Program-made: the position numbers and the translations under genes
From: a virus
Length of the DNA stretch: 64,000 bases
Strand: one strand, 5' to 3'
IMG/VR virus record: IMGVR_UViG_3300030329_003470
Location: 32,001 to 96,000 of that record
In this document: piece by piece, positions 17,944-27,611 of the stretch
Position numbering within the stretch: the first letter of the stretch is position 1
Layout of the letters: each line of letters starts with the position of its first letter
The notes under the pieces: model-generated
Database searches by the model: none
What the model saw: only the letters and a program-made list of their open reading frames with translations
What the model was told of the DNA's origin: nothing

Positions 17944-20901
17944 TTATTTCGCTAAACAGTTTATTCTGTATGCACTAACAGTTGTTGATCCACCTGATGT
18001 GGATGCACATAATAACTGTCCTGTGTTTTCAACATCGTCTTTGTAGTCCGATGTAAATGCTAGTTGGTTAGTACCTTTAGTACTCACAAATGGACCACTT
18101 GCTACTGTTATTTCACCTGATCCCATTGCCATAAAAACTTCATTAACTGCATAAGCGCCTTCAGAAGCATTTTTACTAACAAGATAATATACAGCACCGT
18201 TGTTTGATGCTTCAACTAATGTGTCAACTTCTGTTGCAGTAGATGAAATTGTTACAGGTGCTATTGCTTCTGTATTTGCATAAGTTCCGTCGTCTGAAGT
18301 CATTGTGTCTTTTAACATAATTGCATGAACAGTTACTCTTAAGTTTGCTTCGCCACCTGCCGCTGAAACAACAACGTTACTGCCATCAATTGCCGCTGTT
18401 AGTGTTAACAAAGGATTATCTCCAGTTTGTATTCCACCAAATTGTGATATAAATGCATCACTTCCGTCATGAACAACAAGTGCTTCAACGTTTCCTACTT
18501 CTGTTTTAGCATTGTTATTGATTGAAATGAAAAGTTTTGCACCTCTGTAAGTGCCATGAGCAAAACTTACAAGTGATTCTGATGCTGAATCAACATCTGT
18601 GTTTTGAGATATGATTACATTTCCTGATGTTCCAGTTGATGTGTTGTCTCCCAATCCAAATTTGTAAAAAGATAATGTACCGCCAACAGCATTTGAACTT
18701 GCCGCTTTTAATCTAACCATATCGTTATCTAGTGCCGCTGTAAATGCCGTCATTGTTGTTGATGCTTTTGATTGAGCACCTGCTGAACTAATGTATGCTG
18801 TGGTATCATCATGACATACTGAAACTTTTTGTATGTTTACACAGTCCTCATTGTGATCATTTGATACAACATAATATAAAACACTGTCTTGGAATGTTGA
18901 ATGCCATGAATCAATTGTTCTTGCTGTTGATGTAATTCTTTTATCCGCAATAGCAACACCGGCACCGTCGTCACTAGCAGATGCATCTCCTACAGTACTA
19001 AATGATAATGCTCCCGATCCATCTGTTACAAGTGCTGTACCATTAGTACCATCTGATGTTGGAAATGTATAAGCATCATTAAATTTAACTTGACCTGTTC
19101 CATGTGGAACAAGATTAATATCTGCGTTGGATCCTCCAGTTGTAATCTGATTGTCGCTGACAGTAATTGCATTTGATCCAGACATTATAAAACTTGTTGC
19201 TGTAATTGTACCAGCACCTGTAACGTTTGCACCACTAAATGTTAATGCTGTTGTACTAGATGAACTTGATTTAATAACAACTTCACCACCACTATTTGTT
19301 ATGCCACCAAAAGTAGTTCCGTCATCTTTGAAAGTAATATCAGCACCACCGGCGTCTAAAATTATATCTGCCGCGGCATCTATTGTTACATTGTTAGAAG
19401 TTGAAATTGTTAAATCTGTTCCGTCACCTTCAATCTTTTCACCATCATTACCAAATGTTAATCCTATGTCTGCTGGTAAGTTTACATCTGCACCTGCAGT
19501 CAAATTAATATCTCCAGTACCTGTTGGGTCTAAAGTAATATCAGCATTTGAACCATTAGATACAATGTCATTTGTTGTAACTGAAGTTGCTGTTAGTGTT
19601 CCTGTTACTGTTGGTGTTGAAATTGTTGGACTTGTTATAGTTTTATTTGTTAAAGTTTGTGAACCTGTTAATGTTGCAACTGTTGAATCAATTGCAAACG
19701 TTACTGCGTTGCCTGATCCTGATGTGTCAATACCTGTTCCACCAGTAAACGTCATTGTTTCTGAATCTAGATCAATTGAAAGAGCACCACCTGAATCACC
19801 TTGAAAGTCTAAGTCTGATGCTGTAACCTGTGCATCAACATATGCTTTGATTGATTGCTGTGTTGCTAGTAGTGTGTCACTGTTAGAAGTTAAATCATCT
19901 TCGTCTGCTATACCTGTTACTGTTGCACCACTTGCCAATGCTAATGATGTTGATGATGCTAATGCACCTGATACTGTTGCTGTACCATCAACTATTAATG
20001 CTTCATTAATATTAATTGTAGATGAATCAGATGAATCAAGTGTAGTTCCGTTTACTCTTAACGCACTGATTAGTACGTCACCTGTACCACTTGGTTGTAA
20101 ACTTAAATCTGCGTTTGAACCATTTGAAGTAATTGCGTTTGTTGTTAAAGCACCTGTTGTAACTCCACCAGTAAATGTTGCCGCTCCGGTTACTGCTAAC
20201 GTTGTTGAAATAGTTGCCGCACCAGAAATTCCAAGAGTACTTCCGTCAAATGTTAGGTTTGCTTCACCTTGAAGTGCATGAGCACCTGTCACAGTTGCTA
20301 TTGTATTATCTGTTGAACCTGTTAGTGCCGCTTTTGTATCTGCATATGCTTTGATTGATTGTTGAGTTGCTAGTGCTGTGGCACTGTCAGTACCCATAGC
20401 ATCTTCATCAAGTATTGCTGTAACAGTTGCACCGCTTGCCAGTGCTAAACTTGTTGATGATGCTAATGCACCTGAAACTGTTAATGTTCCGTCAACAATA
20501 GTATTTTCATTTATGTTAATTGTAGATGAATCTGATGAGTCTAGTGTTGTACCATTTACTCTTAATGCACTTAAAACTATATCACCTGTACCACTTGGTT
20601 GAATGCTTATATCTGCATTTGATCCATTAGATGTAATTGAGTTTGTAGTAATTGCACCTGGAGAAATTGTTCCAGTAAAAGTACCACTAAAAGTACCGCC
20701 ATTAATTGTTGGACTTGTTAAAGTTTTATTTGTTAAAGTCTGTGATGCTGTTGCACTAACAATTTGATAACCACCTGCTGTTGATCCGTCATGTATTCTT
20801 AGAGTATTAGTAGTTGTATCAAAAGAAATTTCACCTGCCGCTCCTGTAAAGGAGTTGTTTTGTGTAGTGTTTCCTCTTCTAAGTTGTAGTGTTGTTGGCA
20901 T
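17944..20901 (-). CDS. Long tail fibre protein with Mtd_N-like N-terminus and internal repeats
   Basis: LQLRRG...GEISFDTTTNTLRIHDGSTAGG; repeated NADxxxxPxGTG and ATQQSIKAY modules; 985 aa, S/T/G/A-rich. Confidence 0.78.
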   Translation of the reverse strand: MPTTLQLRRGNTTQNNSFTGAAGEISFDTTTNTLRIHDGSTAGGYQIVSATASQTLTNKTLTSPTINGGTFSGTFTGTISPGAITTNSITSNGSNADISIQPSGTGDIVLSALRVNGTTLDSSDSSTININENTIVDGTLTVSGALASSTSLALASGATVTAILDEDAMGTDSATALATQQSIKAYADTKAALTGSTDNTIATVTGAHALQGEANLTFDGSTLGISGAATISTTLAVTGAATFTGGVTTGALTTNAITSNGSNADLSLQPSGTGDVLISALRVNGTTLDSSDSSTININEALIVDGTATVSGALASSTSLALASGATVTGIADEDDLTSNSDTLLATQQSIKAYVDAQVTASDLDFQGDSGGALSIDLDSETMTFTGGTGIDTSGSGNAVTFAIDSTVATLTGSQTLTNKTITSPTISTPTVTGTLTATSVTTNDIVSNGSNADITLDPTGTGDINLTAGADVNLPADIGLTFGNDGEKIEGDGTDLTISTSNNVTIDAAADIILDAGGADITFKDDGTTFGGITNSGGEVVIKSSSSSTTALTFSGANVTGAGTITATSFIMSGSNAITVSDNQITTGGSNADINLVPHGTGQVKFNDAYTFPTSDGTNGTALVTDGSGALSFSTVGDASASDDGAGVAIADKRITSTARTIDSWHSTFQDSVLYYVVSNDHNEDCVNIQKVSVCHDDTTAYISSAGAQSKASTTMTAFTAALDNDMVRLKAASSNAVGGTLSFYKFGLGDNTSTGTSGNVIISQNTDVDSASESLVSFAHGTYRGAKLFISINNNAKTEVGNVEALVVHDGSDAFISQFGGIQTGDNPLLTLTAAIDGSNVVVSAAGGEANLRVTVHAIMLKDTMTSDDGTYANTEAIAPVTISSTATEVDTLVEASNNGAVYYLVSKNASEGAYAVNEVFMAMGSGEITVASGPFVSTKGTNQLAFTSDYKDDVENTGQLLCASTSGGSTTVSAYRINCLAK
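20343..20390. repeat. 48-nt perfect repeat, copy 1 (copy 2 at 23045-23092)
   Basis: catatgctttgattgattgttgagttgctagtgctgtggcactgtcag is identical in two different fibre genes. Confidence 0.92.
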
Positions 20902-20940
20902 TATTTGTTCCTATTTCCTATATTTATTGCGTTATTCATA

Positions 20941-22326
20941 TTATGATGCTACACTTCCTAGATCTACTGATGTTGTTGAGCCTCTTGGCTCCATTTGATC
21001 ATACAAATCTGCTGTTGGAACACTAAAAGCGTCAGTGATCGATGTTGTTAGATCTCCCAAATCAGCATCTCCTGATGCCGCTGGGTGTGTTGGTGTTGTT
21101 GATTCTGGAAAACTAGTATCATCTGTAGTTGCTAATGTTCCTGATTTATTTGGTAAACTGATTGTTCTATCTGCTGTTGGATCTACAACTGTAAGGGTTG
21201 TTTCGTTAGCACTATCAGTTGCACCTTCAAAAATTATTGTAGCATCTTCTCCTAGTACTACATTGCCAGTAGTTGTAACTACTCCTGCTTGTATATTTGC
21301 ATATGAATCAAGAGTTACGTTACCTGATGTTGTTCCATCTTCTCCAGATGTTACTGCAAAAACGAATTGATCTGCTGATTCATCCCATAAAAACGAAACG
21401 TTACTTAATGATCCTCTATTAAAAAATAATCCTTGGTCCATTGAGTTAGCAACACCACCTGAATTATTTTTTGCTAATTCTAGTAATGGATCTTCAACAA
21501 CTAACGTTGTTGTTTCTAGTGTTGTTTGTGTACCAGTAACAGTTAAATTTCCTGTAATAGTTGTGTTGGCGTTAAGAGCAATATCACCAGATCCACTTGG
21601 ATCTAAAGTTATATCTGCATTTGATGGTGAAATTATAGTTGAACCTGTAAATGTAAAATCACCAACTGATACTGTACCAAATGTTACTGCACCTGATCCG
21701 TCAGTTTGTAATACTTGTCCTGCACTTCCATCAGATGATGGTAGAGTATAAGCACCATTAATATTAACTTTTCCTGATCCACTTGGATCTAATACAAAAT
21801 CAGCATTACTTGGTGTTGTAATAGTTGATCCTACTATTGTTAAATCTCCTAGAGATAAGTTTGCAAATGATAACGTTCCAGAACCATCTGTTTTAAGGAA
21901 TTGTCCTGTACTTCCATCTGACGATGGATACGTTAATCCTGCTAAACTTACAGCACCTGATACGTTTAAAGTACCATCTACAATTAAACCTTCGTTTATG
22001 TTAATTGATGATGAGTCACTTGAACTAAATGTTGTACCACGTACTGTGATTTCATCTAGTACTATGTTACCTGTACCTGATGTTGTGAATGTTAAATCTG
22101 CGTTTGTGGGTGCTACTAAATTTGTAATAGAGATATCACCTTCAGCACCAAACTCTAATCCAGATGCCGCCGCATTTACTTTTAATACCTGACCTGCTGA
22201 ACCAATTGATGAAAGACCTGTACCACCACTTGCTACTGGAACTGTTTCGCCCGACTGGAATTCTGCCAATCCAGTGGCCACATTAGAATTGTTATAGACT
22301 ACCCGTACCGGTGTTTTATCCGCCAT
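20941..22326 (-). CDS. Fibre-like virion protein
   Basis: 461 aa; repeats of the PSSDGSxGQVLxTDGSG and NADxxLDPSGSG modules. Confidence 0.72.
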   Translation of the reverse strand: MADKTPVRVVYNNSNVATGLAEFQSGETVPVASGGTGLSSIGSAGQVLKVNAAASGLEFGAEGDISITNLVAPTNADLTFTTSGTGNIVLDEITVRGTTFSSSDSSSININEGLIVDGTLNVSGAVSLAGLTYPSSDGSTGQFLKTDGSGTLSFANLSLGDLTIVGSTITTPSNADFVLDPSGSGKVNINGAYTLPSSDGSAGQVLQTDGSGAVTFGTVSVGDFTFTGSTIISPSNADITLDPSGSGDIALNANTTITGNLTVTGTQTTLETTTLVVEDPLLELAKNNSGGVANSMDQGLFFNRGSLSNVSFLWDESADQFVFAVTSGEDGTTSGNVTLDSYANIQAGVVTTTGNVVLGEDATIIFEGATDSANETTLTVVDPTADRTISLPNKSGTLATTDDTSFPESTTPTHPAASGDADLGDLTTSITDAFSVPTADLYDQMEPRGSTTSVDLGSVAS

Positions 22327-22403
22327 AAATTAGTTCTGTGCCCAACCTTATTGTACTCGTTGGATGCATTCCCCTTTGCTTTATAGTAATATTTATGGTT
22401 AAA

Positions 22404-23429
22404 TTAGAATTGAAACAGCGTCACTCTAGACGTATATTGTGTAGATAATGCACTGCCGTCGTTTAAGGTAAATGTTTGTCCTGCTTCTGTAAACACTGGC
22501 ACTTCTTCAACTGTGCCATTAAATTCTAGTTCTAAATCGCCATCTGTAGCCAAAAGTTGAGCATCAGTGAACGAAGTACTGCCATCACTAGTATACACAT
22601 TTACTAATTGTATAGGTCTGTTAGCAGTTGCAGAAGTTTTTCCTTGTAACTGTATCCCTTGGGTTGTATCACCTGACTTTACTTTAGATCCAGTTGGTAG
22701 TGTAGCACCTGTTGCCGCAATTTCAATAGTACCAGTTCCGTCTGATGAAATAGTTGCTCCACCAATATCTAGTGTTTCTGCAGATAGATATGCTGTTTGC
22801 CATCTTCTAGATGATGATCCTAATTGATATATTCCATCAGCACTTGGTATTAAATTTCCTGTAATTTCAATTCCTGCACTTGAATCTGTTGTACTAATAA
22901 CGTTTCCTGCAATACTTAATCCTTCAATTTGAACTGCCGCACCAGATGAAACTAATGTTAAAGGTGCATTTGAAGGTGCTGAAATAGTTGCTCCAACAAA
23001 CGAAACATCTCCTGTACTGCCACCACCGCCACTGTTATTATCAACATATGCTTTGATTGATTGTTGAGTTGCTAGTGCTGTGGCACTGTCAGAACTCATG
23101 TCATCTTCGTCTAATATTGTTGTTACGCCAGTACCAGAACCAATTTGAAATGTATCATCAACAACAACACTACCCGATCCTGATGTTGTTAATGTTAAAT
23201 TTGCATTTGAAGGTGCTGTTAATGTTGATCCAGTTGCTGATAAATCTCCTAAACTTGTAGATGATCCACCACCGCCACTAGTGTTAGCAATTTCAGTACC
23301 TCCTGCAGTTTCGCCGTCACCAATTCTTAAACTTCCAGTGTCAACGTCTACTGCTAGATATCCTTTTTCAATAATGTGTGTTGCTATGTTGTAGTCTTTG
23401 TAGGAACCTACTAGTTTTCTGAATGCCAT
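22404..23429 (-). CDS. Fibre-like virion protein
   Basis: Mtd_N-like LAVDVDTGSLRIGDGETAGG; shares the ATQQSIKAY module with the 985-aa fibre. Confidence 0.72.
   Translation of the reverse strand: MAFRKLVGSYKDYNIATHIIEKGYLAVDVDTGSLRIGDGETAGGTEIANTSGGGGSSTSLGDLSATGSTLTAPSNANLTLTTSGSGSVVVDDTFQIGSGTGVTTILDEDDMSSDSATALATQQSIKAYVDNNSGGGGSTGDVSFVGATISAPSNAPLTLVSSGAAVQIEGLSIAGNVISTTDSSAGIEITGNLIPSADGIYQLGSSSRRWQTAYLSAETLDIGGATISSDGTGTIEIAATGATLPTGSKVKSGDTTQGIQLQGKTSATANRPIQLVNVYTSDGSTSFTDAQLLATDGDLELEFNGTVEEVPVFTEAGQTFTLNDGSALSTQYTSRVTLFQF
23045..23092. repeat. 48-nt perfect repeat, copy 2
   Basis: Identical to 20343-20390; a degenerate third copy lies near 19840-19885. Confidence 0.92.
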
Positions 23430-23438
23430 TTACGCTCC

Positions 23439-23885
23439 TTAATTTTGGCCAGATAATGTCTTTAGTCTTTGTACAAATTCACTTTCGTTTTTTGGTTCTT
23501 TGTTCTTCATACCTGCAGGGACACCTGGATTTCCTCCCGCACCATCTGTTTTTTCTGGCTCTTTTACAAGTGGTTCGTCTTTTCTAACATCTTGGTCAGG
23601 TGCAGATTCGTCTGCGTCTTGATTAATATTATTAAATTGTCCTAAGTCTTTTCCTGCTTCTTGTTTTTTAAGTTCTAATTCTTGTTGTTGTGGATAAACT
23701 GATGGCACAGTGTTTGGATCATCTGATGCAACTTTACCTGGATTATCTCCATTATCATCTGCAGGTTTTTCATCTGTGTCAGTTGAAACAGATGCTTTTT
23801 TTGAACCAATTAATTGATTTAAAATTGCTTCGTCTTCAGCATCTGGTATTGCTTTTATATTGATATCAATTTCTTTATATCTCAT
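23439..23885 (-). CDS. Acidic hypothetical protein
   Basis: 148 aa, low complexity, within the operon. Confidence 0.65.
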   Translation of the reverse strand: MRYKEIDINIKAIPDAEDEAILNQLIGSKKASVSTDTDEKPADDNGDNPGKVASDDPNTVPSVYPQQQELELKKQEAGKDLGQFNNINQDADESAPDQDVRKDEPLVKEPEKTDGAGGNPGVPAGMKNKEPKNESEFVQRLKTLSGQN

Positions 23886-23891
23886 AATTTA

Positions 23892-24527
23892 TTATCCAGC
23901 ACTAATTTTTACAGTACCGCTATCGTTCCAAAGTTGGCCTTCGTTGTTAGGATCGCTTGTTGGCAAGTCAGTTGCCATAACTTTTCCTGATTCATTAACC
24001 ATTACAGTTCCGGCTTGATCTGGAAAATCAATATCTCTTCTTCCAGTAGCCTTTCTACCAAACAATCTAATTTTTTTATAACCTGCCGCCTGTAACATTA
24101 ACGGTTTATCTACGTGAACAAGTACCCCATCGTTTTGTACAACTAACATTGATTTATGTTGTCCACCAACTCTTATTGTAAATGTTAAGTTAGAATCGTC
24201 ACCGTTTTTTGTTGCGTCTTTAATTATTGAATGAATACTTGCATATCGGATTTGATCACCGTCGGAGTTTCTGCCTTTCCATTGTATTTTTCCTATTTGA
24301 TCACCTTTTGCTGGACTGGCAGAATCTCTATCAAATGTCATATGAGGACCAGCGGCAGAAGTATCTGCTTTAGTGATCATCAATATATTATTTTCACTTG
24401 TGGATGTATTTTTTACAACAAGTTTTTCTAACACTTGTTTTTTATGTACATCAACGTCGTCGTCTAGTTGAGGTTTATATGTGCTTTCGCCGTCTTCGAC
24501 TTTTAATAATGAATATGTCTTAGGCAT
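23892..24527 (-). CDS. Hypothetical protein with fibre-type C-terminus
   Basis: Ends in LPTSDPNNEGQLWNDSGTVKISAG. Confidence 0.65.
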   Translation of the reverse strand: MPKTYSLLKVEDGESTYKPQLDDDVDVHKKQVLEKLVVKNTSTSENNILMITKADTSAAGPHMTFDRDSASPAKGDQIGKIQWKGRNSDGDQIRYASIHSIIKDATKNGDDSNLTFTIRVGGQHKSMLVVQNDGVLVHVDKPLMLQAAGYKKIRLFGRKATGRRDIDFPDQAGTVMVNESGKVMATDLPTSDPNNEGQLWNDSGTVKISAG

Positions 24528-24529
24528 TA

Positions 24530-25813
24530 TTATTCTCCTTTAATATATACTTTACCTGTAAGTTTTTCAATGTCTCTAATCATTTCTTCCATATCGACTC
24601 TTACAACTTTACCTGTTATTACGTTTCTAGAAAAGTATTCCCAATTTCCTTTTTGATTGTGTGGTGAAAGTTTTGTAACGTTTCCTGCTTCATCTCGAAC
24701 ATACACTTCAGCACTTGAAGTATCATCTTTGGCGTAAATGTGAGCATGGTCACCATCTGCCGCGGCATCTCCTGCTTGTACTTTTAAACCTATATGTCCA
24801 TCAACTCTAAAGTCGCCTGTTCCGTGAGGTGTAACAGTTATGTCCATGTTAGAACTGTCAGAAGTAATATTTCCTAGTTCACCATCAATAGACAAATTGT
24901 TTATTACAACTTTTCCAGTTCCACTAGGACTAATTTCAATATCTGCATTTGAAGCCGACGAAATTATATTATCTTGAATAATTAAACGTTCAACAGTCAT
25001 GCCATCATCATCAAATCTTGCTATACTTCTACTATCATCATCAGCACGAATATCTACTCCTGAAGAACGTATTCTTATATCACCACTTCCTTGATCTCTA
25101 ATGTAACTATGTGCGCCAGCATCATGCCATATTTGAAGATCACCAAATGATCCTCCTTCGTTTCCAAAATGTAATTGAATGTCATCAGGAATACGAATGC
25201 CACCTGTTCCATGAGGTGTAAGAGATATGTCCATGTTAGAACTATCAGTAGTAATATTTCCTAGTTCGCCATCAATAGACAAGTTGTTTATTACAACTTT
25301 TCCTGTACCTTGTGGTGTAATGTTTATATCTGCGTTCGAGCCATTACTTGCAATTTCGTTTGTTGTTATTGCACCTGTAGTAATTCCTCCAGATAATGTA
25401 ACAGCACCAGTAAATGTTCCTGTTGTTGCTGTTAATGCCGCAACTTCTAATGCTCCAGCAGTTACAGTTATGCCACCTGATTTGTCTGCGCCAGTGGCAG
25501 TTGTTGTTCCTAATTTGAATGTGTCAGCAGATTCGTCCCATACTATTGCCGCATTATCTCCAGTAGATCCTCTTTCAATTATGATTCCTGAATCGTTTGT
25601 ACTGGCTGAAATTCCTGTTTGTAATTCTATAATATTATCTTCAATTACTGTGTTTGTTGTGCTAATTGTTGACGAAGTACCACCAACTGTTAAATTACCG
25701 TTGACAGTTACGTTTAAACTATCAAGTGTGATAGAATTTGTACCAGATCCTGAGTTATACCCATCACCTGCTTTTATAGTGTAATCACCTGATGTACGTA
25801 GAGTTTTAGCCAT
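24530..25813 (-). CDS. Fibre-like virion protein
   Basis: Four NxDIxxxPxGTG modules; C-terminal DEAGNVTKLSPH...WEYFS...RVDMEEMIR. Confidence 0.72.
   Translation of the reverse strand: MAKTLRTSGDYTIKAGDGYNSGSGTNSITLDSLNVTVNGNLTVGGTSSTISTTNTVIEDNIIELQTGISASTNDSGIIIERGSTGDNAAIVWDESADTFKLGTTTATGADKSGGITVTAGALEVAALTATTGTFTGAVTLSGGITTGAITTNEIASNGSNADINITPQGTGKVVINNLSIDGELGNITTDSSNMDISLTPHGTGGIRIPDDIQLHFGNEGGSFGDLQIWHDAGAHSYIRDQGSGDIRIRSSGVDIRADDDSRSIARFDDDGMTVERLIIQDNIISSASNADIEISPSGTGKVVINNLSIDGELGNITSDSSNMDITVTPHGTGDFRVDGHIGLKVQAGDAAADGDHAHIYAKDDTSSAEVYVRDEAGNVTKLSPHNQKGNWEYFSRNVITGKVVRVDMEEMIRDIEKLTGKVYIKGE
24841..25303. repeat. Intragenic ~76-nt near-identical direct repeat
   Basis: 24841-24916 vs 25228-25303, encoding GKVVINNLSIDGELGNITxDSSNMDI twice. 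Confidence 0.88.
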
Positions 25814-25831
25814 TTGCTACTATTTATAAAG

Positions 25832-25862
25832 AAAAGGGGGAGTGTAAAAACTCCCCCCTTTA
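25832..25862 (-). terminator. Intrinsic terminator
   Basis: On the - strand GGGGGAGT/ACTCCCCC stem plus TTTT, immediately followed by TATAAATA. Confidence 0.85.
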
Positions 25863-25880
25863 TAAGCACGTGTCGTTTGA

Positions 25881-26300
25881 CTAGATTACGTCTAGTGTAC
25901 CAGTTCCTGATGCACCTACGCCTTCGTCAGTTGCTTCAGTTCCTAACGTGAACGTTACTTGTCCAGTTGTTGAACCATTGCCGTGACGTACAGTTCTGTT
26001 GTGAAATCTCTCAACATATGAATCAGTTGAGTCACTCAATACACATCTAACGCACATTTCACCTGCTGATAATGAGCCTGGTGCTACTGCCATAAGTGTG
26101 TATACTGCTGTAGACGAGTCATTCATTTGTTGGATCTTAAATCTTTTAGATCCTCTTTGCGAAACGATAAATGAATTATCATTTTGCTGTAATGAACCAC
26201 CTGAAGGGTAATAAGCCGTTACCGCAAGTCTACCTGCTGTACCGTCTCCACCGCTGTCTGTTACTGCTGACATAAGAGTCTTTTTGATAGGTCTTCCCAT
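25881..26300 (-). CDS. Hypothetical, probably structural, protein
   Basis: True start likely MGRPIKK at 26300 with SD AAGGAG; the ORF-track extension to 26369 overlaps a structured leader. Confidence 0.75.
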   Translation of the reverse strand: MGRPIKKTLMSAVTDSGGDGTAGRLAVTAYYPSGGSLQQNDNSFIVSQRGSKRFKIQQMNDSSTAVYTLMAVAPGSLSAGEMCVRCVLSDSTDSYVERFHNRTVRHGNGSTTGQVTFTLGTEATDEGVGASGTGTLDVI

Positions 26301-26402
26301 TTTTTTTCTCCTTACATGGAGCCAAATGCAAGTTCTACTTGCTACGCGGTTTAATCCGCATAAGTCCAACTACTTTGTGTTGTTGGCTCAATTGACTGCT
26401 TG
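26301..26402 (-). ncRNA. Candidate structured 5' leader (cis-regulatory RNA)
   Basis: Between TAAATA (about 26403-26408) and the SD: GAGCCAA/UUGGCUC outer stem, GCGG/CCGC and GCAAG/CUUGC hairpins, competing CCAAC/GUUGG stem. Confidence 0.5.
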
Positions 26403-26437
26403 TATTTATCGAATTTTGGTAAAGATAAAACACTCAT

Positions 26438-26487
26438 AAAAAAAGAGTGGTGCTTACAATCCGAAGTTATGTTTCACACCACTCTTT
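26438..26487 (-). terminator. Long-stem terminator with inner cUUCGg hairpin
   Basis: 11-bp AAAGAGTGGTG/CACCACTCTTT stem plus T run on the - strand. Confidence 0.8.
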
Positions 26488-26515
26488 GAGGTTAACGTAT
26501 TACTAGATTTTTATA

Positions 26516-26749
26516 TTATTTTCGATTATAGATATGATATAAAATCCAAACTGCTACCAAGCCAATCAGACCTTGATCTGAAAAACCTTGCAGTACGCCC
26601 TGGACGTTTCCAATTACAGAAACGTTTGGCCAGAACGGAATACCTTGACCGTTGAAAAGGATTTCTAAAACAATTCCTAACGCAATTAAAGATACTCCTA
26701 CGTCAGCAATTCCTTTTGCCCAATCCTTTACACTTTTAAGATAATCCAT
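26516..26749 (-). CDS. Small membrane protein
   Basis: 77 aa with two hydrophobic segments; SD GGGAGG; own TAAATA promoter and terminator. Confidence 0.75.
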   Translation of the reverse strand: MDYLKSVKDWAKGIADVGVSLIALGIVLEILFNGQGIPFWPNVSVIGNVQGVLQGFSDQGLIGLVAVWILYHIYNRK

Positions 26750-26872
26750 GTTGGACCTCCCTTGCTAAATGTAAGTTTCTAATGAAACTCGAATTATTTA
26801 GAAGTCGGATTTTCGTAATAATAATGTCACATTTGGTCTGTGAGTCGAGTGAAGGTGAAAATATTTTTTTAT

Positions 26873-27583
26873 CTACGTACAGAATTCTTCGTAAAGAAGA
26901 TAATCATAGCGGTTATAACCTCGGTGCCAATAAAGGAAGTCTTTTGACAAATTAGAAAATTTTACAATACGATTATAACTTTCTCCTGCTCTGTTTGAAT
27001 GTAATCTTGGTTCAGGAGTTACATTTAACTCTTTTGCAATTTCGTCCCACGATTCTTCAAATTTATCTGAATCAAAAACTTTTATAAAATTTTCTTTTAG
27101 TGCAGTTCTGGCTCTTTGATATTTTGTTTCTATAGGTAATGCATGAGTTTGTCCAAGATATTTTCCATAAATCCATAATGTTATAAAATTGCCAGACATT
27201 AATGAAAGATGAGTTGCAAAATCTTTATCTAACTCGTGTCCGTAATTACTATCATAGTTGAAATGTGATATATCTCTGTGTAAAGGATGTCTTATCCAAG
27301 TGTAATGTTTGCCAGGCTGTTCACTGTTTGTATAATGTCCACAAACTATTGATGCATCACCAGTAGATTGTTTTTCATATGTTCTAAGAAATGCTTGTTT
27401 GATTGGTTCTTTGGGATTGAATGCAGGATCTTCACTTACTCTGTAGTATCTTCTATCTCCATACAAAGGATACACAACTAAAGTTGAACCTTTTGGTAAT
27501 TGTCCTATGTATTCTCTATGAGCCAGTCGTAATTGTAGACTACTTCCTGCTGTTTTAGGTATATGATGAAAACAATATTGCAC
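26873..27583 (-). CDS. Sulfotransferase (family 2-like)
   Basis: PAPS-binding motifs HHIPKTAGSSL and WIRHPLHRDISHFNY. Confidence 0.82.
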   Translation of the reverse strand: MQYCFHHIPKTAGSSLQLRLAHREYIGQLPKGSTLVVYPLYGDRRYYRVSEDPAFNPKEPIKQAFLRTYEKQSTGDASIVCGHYTNSEQPGKHYTWIRHPLHRDISHFNYDSNYGHELDKDFATHLSLMSGNFITLWIYGKYLGQTHALPIETKYQRARTALKENFIKVFDSDKFEESWDEIAKELNVTPEPRLHSNRAGESYNRIVKFSNLSKDFLYWHRGYNRYDYLLYEEFCT

Positions 27584-27611
27584 ACTGATATTTAAATCAG
27601 TAATGTGTGAC

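Noticed and set aside
17944-23429. Diversity-generating retroelement suggested by Mtd_N-like domains
   Set aside because: No reverse transcriptase in the window, and the repeats are identical or synonymous rather than adenine-specific TR/VR pairs.
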